64,000 nt of DNA from Blastocladiella emersonii ATCC 22665 (taxonomy: Eukaryota > Fungi > Blastocladiomycota), in contig JANHCV010000006.1 of the NCBI GenBank assembly GCA_025594325.1, forward strand, positions 62,001 to 126,000, given 5' to 3'. The notes below the pieces were generated by a model, which did no database searches, was not told the DNA's origin, and was given only the letters and a program-made list of their open reading frames with translations. The stretch's first letter is position 1; each line of letters begins with the position of its first letter. Both the position numbers and the translations under genes were made by a program. Positions 35,773 through 46,871 of this stretch are shown in pieces.

Positions 35773-37633
35773 ATGGCTGACGAGGTTGCTGCTGTACGTA
35801 ACCGGCGTCGCCGTCGTCTTGCTCGCCCCCTCCCGCCCGCTCGCGCTCGTGGATCGTGTGGTGGCGCGCGCGCGCGTGCGTCTGCCCGGCTCGGCGCTGC
35901 GCCACGCGTGCACCGTCCTGCCTGCCTAGCTGTCCCTGCTGCTGCTGTCGAGGTCCTCAAGCTGCTGCCGCGCTCACGATCGGGCACCTGTCGACGCGCT
36001 CGAGCTGCGTGGATCCGCACGCGACGCGTCGCGGTGGCGTCGCCCGTGTCTCGCGCCCACACGTCTCGCCCGGCCGTGTGAGCCCTCGCCCTCGCTCGCG
36101 CGACGCGTCGGTCGCCTCGACAAGCACTCGGCCCAGGTCGACGAGCCAGCTCAGCAGCAGCAGCAGCAGCGCCACCGCACTTGTTCCGCGCGCTTCCTCA
36201 ACTGCCGCCCGCGCCCACGTGCGCGTGTGTTGCACGCGAGCCCGCCCCCTTCGCCACACCTCCCGTCCCACCACCCGCCCCTCGATCCCGATCCCGCCAA
36301 CCCAAGAGCATAATAACTCTAACGCCTCCACCCCCCCCCCCCACGCGCAAATGTAGCTTGTCATCGACAACGGCTCCGGCATGTGCAAGGCCGGTTTCGC
36401 CGGTGATGACGCGTACGTGTTTCTTGCTCGCGAGACGCGCGACGCGTGTGACCCGCTGAGCTGACTCGCTTGCCCCGCCTCATGTATCGCTTCCTTGCCT
36501 TGCCCGAAATGAAGTCCCCGCGCCGTACGTGTTTTTCTCGATCCTCTCACCGCTCGACCGAACACGACGCTAACCACCATGCAAACCAACAGGTCTTCCC
36601 CTCGATCGTCGGTCGCCCCCGCCACCACAACGTCATGGCCGGCATGGGCCAGAAGGACTCGTACGTCGGCGACGAGGCCCAGTCCAAGCGTGGTATCCTC
36701 ACGCTGCGCTACCCCATCGAGCACGGCGTCGTCAACAACTGGGACGACATGGAGAAGATCTGGCACCACACCTTCTACAACGAGCTCCGCGTCGCGCCCG
36801 AGGAGCACCCCGTCCTCCTCACCGAGGCCCCGCTCAACCCCAAGGTCAACCGCGAGAAGATGACCCAGATCATGTTCGAGACGTTCAACACCCCCGCCTT
36901 CTACGTGGCCATCCAGGCCGTGCTCTCGCTCTACGCCTCGGGCCGCACCACGGGTATCGTGCTCGACTCGGGCGACGGTGTCTCGCACACGGTGCCCATC
37001 TACGAGGGCTACGCGCTGCCCCACGCCATCCAGCGTCTCGACCTCGCCGGCCGCGACCTGACGCACCACCTCCAGACCATCCTCATGGAGCGCGGCCACT
37101 CGCTCACCACCACGGCCGAGATGGAGATTGTCCGCGACATCAAGGAGAAGCTGTGCTACGTGGCCCTCGACTACGAGGCCGAGATGGCCACGGCCGCCAA
37201 CTCGTCGGCCCTCGAGAAGTCGTACGAGCTGCCCGACGGCCAGGTGATCACGATCGGCTCGGAGCGCTTCCGCTGCCCCGAGGCGCTCTTCCAGCCCGCC
37301 ATGCTCGGCCGCGAGTCGTCGGGCATCCACGAGACGACGTACAACTCGATCATGAAGTGCGACGTCGACATCCGCAAGGACCTGTACTCGAACATTGTCA
37401 TGTCGGGCGGCACCACCATGTACCCGGGCATCTCGGACCGCATGCAGAAGGAGATCACGGCCCTGGCCCCCTCGTCGATGAAGGTCAAGATCGTGGCCCC
37501 GCCCGAGCGCAAGTACTCGGTCTGGATCGGCGGGTCCATCCTCGCGTCGCTGTCCACGTTCCAGCAGATGTGGATCTCCAAGCAGGAGTACGACGAGTCG
37601 GGCCCCTCGATCGTCCACCGCAAGTGCTTCTAA
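35773..37633 (+). CDS. ACT1: Actin (375 aa, four exons, divergent)
   Basis: Exons 35773-35793, 36357-36412, 36515-36524 and 36593-37633 total 1128 nt and give [40 protein letters not shown]...SIVHRKCF. Confidence 0.96.
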
Positions 37634-38344
37634 GCGCGCTCTCGGTCGCCAAGGTCGCCGCGGGCTCGGCTGCGTGTGCGGTCGCACCGTGCGCGTAGGT
37701 CGCGGTCGTCGGCTCCTCGGTCCCTCACTCCCTCCCTCATGTTTACCCAACCGCTCCCCCCCTCTCCCTGTTGTCTCTATGGTCACCATTTGAGTTATGC
37801 ATGTTTTCTTGACAATCACCGCTGGCCTCGGTGGCGTCGCTCGAGCTTAGACGGAGAAGGATGGCTGGTGGCGCGGCGTCTCGTTGGTCGGCCGTGGTTG
37901 CTCGGCGTAGTGGCGTCAGGTCGGCGCCGACCACTCGGTTGTCGACACGTGGTGGCGCAACACGCCTTCGCGGCCCTGCTCGCGGCTCCGTTGTCCCGCA
38001 TCGTAAACAACGTACGCTGCCGATGGCGAGTAATGAGTGATAGAGAAAGGTCCGGGGGTCATCATCAGCTTGCATCACGCGCGGCCGCGTCCGTCCAACG
38101 GGGAGGGGCAGGAGCGCACGCTGTTGGCCCGCGGCCGCCCTCGACCTCGCCGCGCCGCGCTGCACGTACCGAGGCGGACTGTGAGCGGCCGTATCGAGCG
38201 GTGACGGGACGTTTTCATGGCCATGACAGCGTGAGGAGGAGTGATCGAAGTCAGCTGGGCCGGCTTTTCACGTCCACGTCCACGTCCACGTTCGACTCGA
38301 GAGCGCGAGGGAGCATGCTCTTGAGCGTGATTCCTCAGCACCGC

Positions 38345-38830
38345 GGCCGCGACTTATCGTTCAACGCTGTTTACATCATCACGGCTTGGGCTTGCGTCAA
38401 CCACACGTTTCGCACTCGGTCGACGCCGGCAACTTTCAGGCCCTCGCAGCAAGGCCGTTCACGCTCGAGGCAGGAGCGAGCGTGATCGAGCCGTGCCCCC
38501 TCGCCATCGCGGCCGCGTCGTTCAGCGTTAACTGCATCACAGCTCGAGATTGCGCGAGGAGACAGCCGTATCGCACTCCTAGTCGGACGACAGCGTCAAC
38601 TTTCAGGCCCTCGCGACATAGCCCGTTCAACCTCGCGGCCAAGCGCGCCATGACCAGCGCCCGCTGACCACGATTGCGCCGTCGTCCGCGGCCGTGGCCA
38701 CGCGGGCCAGGGTCGATCGAATTCGACGTGCAATCTCGACATCGCGGGGTACGGTGGATTTCGTCATCCTGACGGAGGCGCGCGGACACGGCAGCGAATT
38801 CACGCGGGACGCAACTTTCAGACCTGGTCA
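38345..38830. repeat. Degenerate direct repeats (spacings 167 and 215 bp)
   Basis: CAACTTTCAGGCCCTCGC at 38430 and 38597, CAACTTTCAGACC at 38812; flanking similarity between the first two units. Confidence 0.55.
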
Positions 38831-39483
38831 GCGATGCTCCACGTTCGCGAACACGAACGAGTGGTGGACGGAATTCACGCCGCGCGTGGTCGCGCAGCAA
38901 TCGCGTCTTCACGTCGCCACCGACGCAGAAATTAAGCTCTCACGCGGGCCAGCAGCAGCAGGGAGGAACAACGTGCGCGCCGCCGACACGCGCGCACGGA
39001 ACGCTCGGCAGGAACCGCCGAGTGGGGACGCTCCGACTCCACTCACACCTCGCGGTGGCGGCTCTTGAAACGGGACGCGGGTGCCGAGCGTGCCGAGAGA
39101 GGGCCGTGGGACCGGCGCGCGGCGCGACGTCACCCACGTTGGAGCAACAACAACGACGGTGGGGAGGGACGGGCACCTTATCCAGGAGGGCCGCGACGGC
39201 GGGGAGTACAAGTACCGCGGGCCCCCCAACCAACCCGAGCTGATGTTCATCATCAATCACCAAGCTCGGTCAAGTATGTAACAATCAATGCAGTGCAGCG
39301 GAGGAGCCAGGCTTGGCAGCGGCGATCCCAGCGTGGGAGCAGGATGTCTCGCACCTCAAGCGCGAGGACGCGTCACGGCCGCGATGATCGTCGCGTCGTG
39401 TGGCCCGCCGACTCAGCCACCACCTCCATGTCCGCGTGCAGGAACTGACGACGGATCTACGCCCTCGCCCTAGCCAACGAACC

Positions 39484-40896
39484 ATGAATCTCGACACGCT
39501 CCCGACCGAGGTCCTCCTCGCCGTCGCCTCGTGGCTCGCGCCCGCCGACACCCGCGCGGTGCGCGGCGCGTGCCGCTCGCTCCGGTCCGCGCTGACGGCG
39601 GCCGCGCTACGCTCCGTGACCGTGTACTCGGCCGCGCACCTCCTCTCGGTCCTCGCCGCGCTCGTCGCGGCCGGGTGCCCGCGCGCGCTGCACGCCGTGA
39701 CCGTCTCCGACACGCACGCGGTGCGCGCGCAGCTGTATGGCGTCCCGCTCGACGACCCGTACGCGGCGCCCGCGGCGGCGCGCGGGCTAACCTGGGACGG
39801 GGTGCCGTGGGCCGAGTTCGCCGCGCTGCACACGGTGATTCTCGAGGGCGTCTCCCCCACGGCCGCCGGCGCGTGGCTCGCGGGCATCGCGCAGCCGCTC
39901 CTCGCGGCGCCGATCCCGGGTCTCGACACGCTCGCGCTCCGGTTCCTCGATGTCGGTAGCACCCACGCGCTGCTCGACGTGCTCGCGCTCACGCAGGCCG
40001 CCGAGGGGGTCACGGACCTCGCGCTCAACGTCATGGGTGTCATGGACTCGGCGAGCGGGGTGCCCAGCGACGACGAGGACGCCGGCGAGGACTCGGACGA
40101 TAGCGGGTGGGACTCGGGCCTCGACTCGCCGCTCACACCCACGCCGACCTCCGAGACCCCGCAGATGGACCGCGACCTCGCCGTCGCCACGGTCCTCGCG
40201 CGGCTCACGACGCTGCGGCTGCGCCACTGCGACCTGCACCGGCGCGCCGTGGCCCGCCTCCTCGCCGCGACCCCGCGCCTCGCCCACCTCGACCTGCACC
40301 AGTCCCTGCACCACGCGCCCGCCGACGATGTGCGCCTCGCGGCAGCGCACGCCCCGCATGTCCGCCGCGTCACCATCAAGCTCGACGCGCCGCCTGCTTC
40401 GGGTGAAGGTGTCGAGGAGGAGCTCGTCAGCGCGCTCGCGCGGTTGCCGAACCTCGTGCACCTCACGCTCGCGTACGACACGTGCGACGGCGAAGAAGTG
40501 GATGGCGCCAAGATCGCCGCCGACCTCGCCGCCGCGTGCCCGTCGCTCGCCGCGCTCGATCTCGTCGAGGAGGTCCCCGTCGCCGATTCCGACGCCGGAA
40601 CGTGCGCCGCGCCACCGAGCACGACCGTGGCGCTCGCTGGGTCGCACCGGCTCGCGAAGCGCCGGTCGTGGGCACGGCTCAACGCCGCGGCGGCGGGGGC
40701 GGCGGGGGCCAAGGGTGGAATGCATCCTATCGCCGTCACGCGGCGGAGCCAGTCGTGCCAGTCGCCCATGGCCGAGCTCGAGGCGCTCCAAGCGGGGCTC
40801 CGTCGCATGGACATGCGGAGCGGCAGTGGCGGGATGGCCCGCGAGGACCTCTTCGCGTTCGACCTTGGGAACTGGGGCGACGAGGTTGGCGTCTAG
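39484..40896 (+). CDS. F-box protein with LRR-like C-terminus
   Basis: MNLDTLPTEVLLAVASWLAPADTRAVRGACRSL; LxxLxL repeats (LTTLRLRHCDL, LAHLDL, LVHLTL). Confidence 0.75.
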   Translation: MNLDTLPTEVLLAVASWLAPADTRAVRGACRSLRSALTAAALRSVTVYSAAHLLSVLAALVAAGCPRALHAVTVSDTHAVRAQLYGVPLDDPYAAPAAARGLTWDGVPWAEFAALHTVILEGVSPTAAGAWLAGIAQPLLAAPIPGLDTLALRFLDVGSTHALLDVLALTQAAEGVTDLALNVMGVMDSASGVPSDDEDAGEDSDDSGWDSGLDSPLTPTPTSETPQMDRDLAVATVLARLTTLRLRHCDLHRRAVARLLAATPRLAHLDLHQSLHHAPADDVRLAAAHAPHVRRVTIKLDAPPASGEGVEEELVSALARLPNLVHLTLAYDTCDGEEVDGAKIAADLAAACPSLAALDLVEEVPVADSDAGTCAAPPSTTVALAGSHRLAKRRSWARLNAAAAGAAGAKGGMHPIAVTRRSQSCQSPMAELEALQAGLRRMDMRSGSGGMAREDLFAFDLGNWGDEVGV

Positions 40897-41522
40897 CGCG
40901 GGCGCAACGTGACCCGGATGTCTTCTTGTAAATACACTCACACCATTCATCCCTCCATCACGCGATCGCATGTCCCGGACAAACTGGTCCTTTTGAAGCC
41001 TTTGCGGCGAGGCGCGGCGGGAGAGAAGCCAGGCAGACCTCCCTGACCGCCGAGCGTAGAAACTCCCACGCGAGCTGATCCGGTCCCTGATCAGGACATC
41101 TTCGCGGCTGTGCCACCACCGCCGCGCATGCAGCACCCTGCAGGCCCCGATTCGTCCACCGCTCCCACACATCTCACCCCCACCCGCTTTGCGATTCACG
41201 CGAGGGAGAGAGAGCGGCCCGTCTGGGGACCCACCGCCACAACGCAACAAGAACACACGCGTGTTCGCGCGCGAACGGCTCAAGGGACCGCACGGCCGGG
41301 GCCTTGATTCGGATCTACAGCTGTTGATCCTGCTCTCACCCTTTCTTCCTCTCGCGGCGGCAGGGTCCCTGATCCGATCAGGCGCAGCGCGTGCGTGTGG
41401 GATTGCGCCCGTGCCGGCGGCCATGGCCGCGGCCGGCGTCTGAGTATAAGACTCGGCGAGGCCCGCTGGGTTCCTCGATCCTCACCAACCGTTCGACCAT
41501 CAAGCACCCGACCACCACCACC

Positions 41523-42821
41523 ATGATCCACACCCTCCCCTGCGAGCTGACGGCGCACATCGCGTCGTACCTGTCCCCCCGCGACGTGGCCGCCATCTCC
41601 CAAACCTGTGCGTCCCTGCACTCCGCGCTCCTCCCGTCGCTCTTCCGGCACCCGACCATCACGTCGCCCAAGCACCTCGCCGCCGTCGCTGCGACGCTCC
41701 AGGCGCGCGGGTGCACCGACGCCCTGCGCACGCTCACGCTCGCCGACACCTCTGTCGTGCGCGGCGACTACCAGCCGGCGCCCGACGCGGACCCCGTCCC
41801 GTGGTCCACTTCCCCCTCGGCGGTCTTCGCCGGCCTCGAGGCCATCGCGATCCACGGCACCAGCACGCGCGTCGGCGGCGCCGTCGAGGCGCTCGAGTCG
41901 ATGCTCGCGACCGTCGTTGACGCGGGCGCGGCCGCGCTCCTCCCGAACCTGAGCCGCACGTCGGTCCGGTTCCTCGACGTCGCGGGGGATATCGGCGCGC
42001 TCGCGTGGTGCCTCGACCTCGTCGCGGCCGCGCCTGGGATCAGCGAGCTGGCGGTCAGCGTTCTCGGCACGTCGCCCGCGGAGCCGGCCGTCGAGGCCGC
42101 GGCGACGACGACGTCGAACGAGCCCGACGCTACGGCGAGCCCCGTCCGCCGCGCGCGCCGCGGGTCGGCCGCGAGCACCCTGTCCACGGCCTCGTCGTCG
42201 TCGTCCTCGACTGCGACAACGACCGCCGCCGACGCCGCCATCCCGCCGCTCCCGCACATCACAACCCTCCGCCTCCACTCATGCCACCTGCCGTCCGCGG
42301 ACCTCGCCCTCCTCGTCACGCGGTGCGCCAACCTCGCGCGCCTCGAGCTCGGCGTCTCCGAAGCGCTGGCGCTCGCCCGCGCCCGCGCGGGGGTCCCAAC
42401 CGCGCCGTGTATCGCCCTCCGCGTCGACCCGAACGAGGCCGAGTCCGCGGCGGCGACCGTCGATGCCGTGCAGTGGGCCGCGGCCGCGGCACGCGGCAAC
42501 GTCGAGGTTGTTGTCGACGCGGACGACGCGGGCGTCAAGCGGACGTGGCGCGCGCTCGTTGACCATGCGCTTGTGGAAGCCGCGCCGGCGATCGCCGCTG
42601 CGGCCGCGGCCGCGGCAGCGGTGGGGAGTAAGAACGGAATGGGAAACAAGAAGGACCGCAGCAGCAGCAGCAAGTGGTTCGCGCGGCCGACCGGGATCAA
42701 GGACTGGACGCGCGCCGTGGCGGGCCTGTTCCAGCGGAAACCGTGTGCGGCCGAGTCGACGGATGGCGGCGCGGTGCTCGACGCCGACGTGTTTGGCGAC
42801 TGGAGCGACGTTTTCGCGTAG
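41523..42821 (+). CDS. F-box/LRR-like protein, tandem paralog of 39484-40896
   Basis: MIHTLPCELTAHIASYLSPRDVAAISQTCASL; shares RFLDV, LRLxxCxL and a C-terminal D-x-x-G-[DN]-W-x-D motif with the upstream gene. Confidence 0.75.
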   Translation: MIHTLPCELTAHIASYLSPRDVAAISQTCASLHSALLPSLFRHPTITSPKHLAAVAATLQARGCTDALRTLTLADTSVVRGDYQPAPDADPVPWSTSPSAVFAGLEAIAIHGTSTRVGGAVEALESMLATVVDAGAAALLPNLSRTSVRFLDVAGDIGALAWCLDLVAAAPGISELAVSVLGTSPAEPAVEAAATTTSNEPDATASPVRRARRGSAASTLSTASSSSSSTATTTAADAAIPPLPHITTLRLHSCHLPSADLALLVTRCANLARLELGVSEALALARARAGVPTAPCIALRVDPNEAESAAATVDAVQWAAAAARGNVEVVVDADDAGVKRTWRALVDHALVEAAPAIAAAAAAAAAVGSKNGMGNKKDRSSSSKWFARPTGIKDWTRAVAGLFQRKPCAAESTDGGAVLDADVFGDWSDVFA

Positions 42822-42904
42822 CCGCCGATGATGATGACGATGGGAATAAACCGTTTCTTCGAGTCCGAGTCGGTATATTGTGTGCGAGACAGATGAGGGT
42901 GCGA

Positions 42905-44203
42905 CTAGAATTGCATGAACTGCGCGCGCTGCGGGATTCGCGGAACCAGGGTCAGTTGAGGCGGAGAAAGAGCGCGGGAGGATCAAAATGTGTACGCACC
43001 ACCTGCAGCACCGTCGCCTTCTGCTCGGGCGGCATCATCTCGATCTGCGCGGGCGTCAGCGACATGACCTGCGCCAGCAGCTGGCGCTGCTGCTCCGAGA
43101 TGGCGGCCGCTGCCGCGGCTGGGTGAGGGGCTGCATGTACGCGCGCAGGGTGTCAGTGCCTCGCTCATGCTGGGTGAAGGGAGAGAGCGTACGCATGAAA
43201 CCGCCAGTCATCGGCATCCCTGGCGGCATCCCCGGGGCCATGGGCATCACGCCGGGGACCATGCCTGCGCCCGGCGGGAACCCGTACGGCGCGGCCGGGA
43301 CCATCGGGACCGCGGCCGCAGCGGGGACGGGTGGCGCGGCGGGCGTCACGGCGGTCACGATACGCTACACGACGAGCGTTTGGGTGTCAGCAGGGGCGGG
43401 AAGTATCGAGTTGCGGTGAGCGCGCGTACCTGGATCGCGGGCGCGTCAACCAGACCGCACGTCATCATGATCATCATGATGCTGTAGGCCAGCTGCGGGT
43501 TGGCGTTGAGCAGCTCGCGCGCTTGGTCCGGGTACGTCAGGGAGAGCGTCTACACGATTGCGTGCGGTTAGTCGCGGAAGTAGGACATGGGCCGGAGAAC
43601 GCGTTCGCACCTTGAGGTGCGACAGAATGTCGAGCTTCTGCTCCTTGGGCATGGCGTCAATCACCTTGGAAATGGCGTCGGTCGCGGTCATGCCCGGCTG
43701 CAGCGGCGTGCCGGCGACCGACGGGACCGACGGCGCTGGTGCGGGCGCCGGCTCGGGTTCCCGCTTCTACACGTATGGCGGTGCGCTGGGTCAGTTTGAG
43801 CGCGTAGTCGCGCAGCGAGGAAACAGCGTCGGACCAGCGGCTGCGGCGTGCCGGACCGTGGCGGCATCGGCGAATTGTTATCCCTGTTCGCGTTACTGCT
43901 CCCACCCACATAGTTGCCGCCGGCGCTCACGCTCTGGGTGTTGGGGTCGTCGGCAAAGTTGACGCGCAGCTTTCGTCCGCCGAGGTCGTGCTCGTTGAGG
44001 TTGCGCACGGCGCACCGGGCCGTCTCGTGGTCGTGGTACTCGGCGAACCCGTACCCGCGCGGCTTCAGCGCGTCCTTGTCGATGAGCAGGCGGAACGAGA
44101 CCAGCGGGCCCGCCTGGCTGAACAGCTCGGCCAGCTCGTCCTCGGTCCGGTCGAACGGGATGTTGCCCACAAACACAATCTTGCTGTCGCCCTGGTACGC
44201 CAT
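42905..44203 (-). CDS. CSTF2: Cleavage stimulation factor 64 / Rna15 (RRM, hinge, C-terminal domain)
   Basis: RRM VFVGNIPF...PRGYGFAEYHDHETARCAVRNLN; hinge DAISKVIDAMP...ARELLNANPQLAY; C-terminal QLLAQVMSLTPAQIEMMPPEQKATVLQV; several short introns. Confidence 0.92.
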
Positions 44204-44515
44204 GATAGGTCAAGGGGAGTTGCAGGGAGTCAGATGCATCCACGCTCGCGAACGAGGGTGTGAGAGGGTTGCGAGAGGAGGGGAAGTTGGCGACGGTCGC
44301 TGCCGTGCTTCGAGTCGTCGCGTCAAACGTTCGTCACGACGGCCCTTCCGGTTCTCTCTCTCCTTCAGCCGTAAAACATGTATGACAACGGCCATGACCA
44401 TGTATGAAGCTTTCGATGAATCCTGGAGCTGACGAACCGGCTCAACCATGCCCTACCAGGGACCTCTAGCCCCGCGCACGTCCTGCCGGCGTGCATGAAG
44501 CAAAGCGTCCTCGCC

Positions 44516-45056
44516 ATGGCCAAGAAGCAAAAGTGGCTCGTCTACGCCGTCGCGCGCGGCCGGAAACCCGGCGTGTACGGCTCCTGGGACGAGGTCCGCG
44601 AACAGGTCGAGGGCTACGCCGGCGCGCGGCACAAGGGGTTCAACTCGCTCGCCGAGGCCAAGGCCTTCGTTGTCGAGGGTATCAAGGCAGCGGCCGCCGC
44701 GGCTCCGCAGCAGCGTAAGAGCTCGGCGGGATCGAGGAGTGGTGCCTCGTCACCAGCCGAGGAGGAGGTGCGGACCCGTCGCGCAGCGCCATCCAGCCCG
44801 TCTACGCGTGCGCTGACCCGCCGAGACCCGCTTGTAGACCGAGCGTCAGCCGTCGAGCAAGGCCACGGCCTGGGCCGACAGCCTCCAGTGCGCGCCCAAG
44901 CTCGAGACCATGCTGAACGAGTTTGTCGGCAAGATCAAGATTACTGTCCCGCCCTCGTCGGCCGTCCCGGCAGCAGCCGCACCACAGCTAACCGCCGCGG
45001 TGTCTGACGCCGATGCCAAGGTCCGGAAGCGGAAGCGGAAGCGCGGCGAGTTGTAG
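44516..45056 (+). CDS. Stand-alone RNase H1 N-terminal (Cauli_VI / hybrid-binding) domain protein
   Basis: VYAVARGRKPGVYGSWDEVREQVEGYAGARHKGFNSLAEAKAFV; intron 44768-44837; the short second exon ends KVRKRKRKRGEL-stop; no catalytic RNase H domain. Confidence 0.75.
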
Positions 45057-45174
45057 CAGGTGTGGTGTCGGGAGCGATGAGTCGCTGCTGCGAGCGCGAG
45101 CATCTCATGAGACTCGCGGCCGCCGATGCGTCTGCTCTCCCGCACGCATACATGTATCCTTGCCTAGCACTACC

Positions 45175-46540
45175 ATGGAACGCAACAACTTGCTGCATTG
45201 ACTTTTTTATGACGACGGACGTTCGCGAACCGGCTTGCGCTTGCCCATGCTCGAAGGCAACGCACAGCGACCTCTCGCGTTGGCTCAGCCCCAGCACCAC
45301 CTTGTCCAACCTCGTTCGTCGCACTTCCGGTCCACGCGTCGAATGGATCCATTAGGTTCGAATGGATGGCGCTGTTGATTCGTCTTCTTGTCGAAAGGGG
45401 GGTTGCCGGCCTGCCTGGCGCCCCGTTCGATTTTGCGTATACGAGCGATCGATTGCGTGCATCTTCTTGCTCTGATTCCTGCGCACACCTCGCATTTCTC
45501 GTCGTTAGGTTTCGCGCTCTATATCGGGTACAAGGCTCGGCGTTACACCGAAGTCGCACTCTCCAGGCAGATGTGGACAAATCTCGCGCGGCAGGAGACT
45601 CGATGGCTACGAAGTCACCGAGTTTCCTGCTGCGTGAGTCTTGATCAATCGCCAGGCTCCGTGTGCTGCCTTCCTTGCCCTCATCGCTGATGCCGAAATC
45701 ACGCCCCTCACCTCACGCAACTCGAGCCACCCATCGAGCTCGCACTCGTTGCGCTCGCAGGCTGCAGCTCTGTCCCGCTCAAGCTACCTTTGTTTGCTCG
45801 CTCTCACCGTCGTTCACGCAGCAGCAGCAGATCTCGATTACTTTCGTTCTCGCTGGTCGGTACAGTCGCGACCGAAACCAGCCATTTGTGAATGGCAACG
45901 CACCATAAACCACTCAGGCAAATGGATTCAACTTTGCTCCTAAACTCTGTTCTCCTGGACGTGATTCGAAGCTTATCCTTCTGCCCGCAACGATGATGGC
46001 GCGCGTTTCACAGCCAGTTTTTCCTCGCTCCATCGCTTGGTTCGGTCGTAATCCTGTCGTGCGGCGACTGCTCAAAGATCCCAGCGACCCAGGGCTTGCC
46101 TGCAACGTCATGGGCACCGAGTATCTGACCGGCTCCCGTGCTTATCAGTTCGTTGACTTTCTGCGGGCCGCTTCAGTCGCACACGCACCCGACTTCCTCG
46201 ATGCATCACCTCCAGCTCGTTCTGACTTTCACTCGATCCAAGCTCTCGCACACGCGTTGGCCTTCGTTCAATCTCGACAGGTTTGGCTGCTACCGCTCGC
46301 CGATCTTCCTCGCCCGCTATGTGCGTGAACTCTGATAACCCGGGCTGGGAAGAGGTGGTCGCGCTACAGTCGCTCGCTCTCGTGTGGACCGCCATCGGGC
46401 GCGTGCGCGAGGTCGTGGGTCGAACCGGATTGTTGGGCTCCATGGATGCTGCTGCTTCAAGGTTGGCGCGCGGTTTCCAGGTGTACCGCGGCAAGGCGGG
46501 CCGGACGATGTATATGGAGGAAACGTGCGTTGAGGATTCA
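45175..46540 (+). pseudogene. Decayed paralog of the 46872 gene family (3' limit uncertain)
   Basis: CTACCATGGAACGCAACAACTTGCTGCAT resembles CTACCATGGAACATAATAACTTAATGCAT; remnants SNLVRRT and AHTSHFSSLGFALYIGYK correspond to ARTSHPFTAEVLDYLYQPK; stops and frame changes. Confidence 0.65.
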
Positions 46541-46871
46541 TAAAATACACTCGCTCGCTGCTCAAGCGCATTCGTGTGGGTCCGAGGTTGCGTGAAGAGC
46601 AGAGCGGAAGGGTCGAGGGAACCAAAGAGATACGGGCTCGCATGACCCGATCCAGGTGTCGCTTGCCGATCAGAACTTGAGTTCCGAGCAAATCTCGATT
46701 ATCGTATGCCGGCATCACGCATGTATCGCCTCGCTCGTTAAACGGCGGCCGAAGGCCGCAAAAACGAGACGCGTCGAGGAATCATGTGATCAAAGCAGCC
46801 CGCCGATCGAGGCGCTCGAGCGCTCAGCTTCGTGCTTCCTCCGCCACCCCTGCATGCAATGAAACGCTACC

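Noticed and set aside
33654-36062. 802-aa and 561-aa minus-strand ORFs
   Set aside because: Antisense shadows of a GC3-biased gene and its GC-rich intergenic DNA; low-complexity translations.
36470-36592. N-terminal extension of the 387-aa actin ORF
   Set aside because: Intronic sequence; the true N-terminus comes from three upstream exons.
38430-38830. Repeats as a CRISPR array or hammerhead ribozymes
   Set aside because: Units are degenerate with irregular long spacing, no cas genes are present, the context is eukaryotic, and there is no CUGAUGA...GAAA core.
44495-45056. Calling this gene RNase H1 (RNH1)
   Set aside because: No catalytic domain is found before the stop or downstream.
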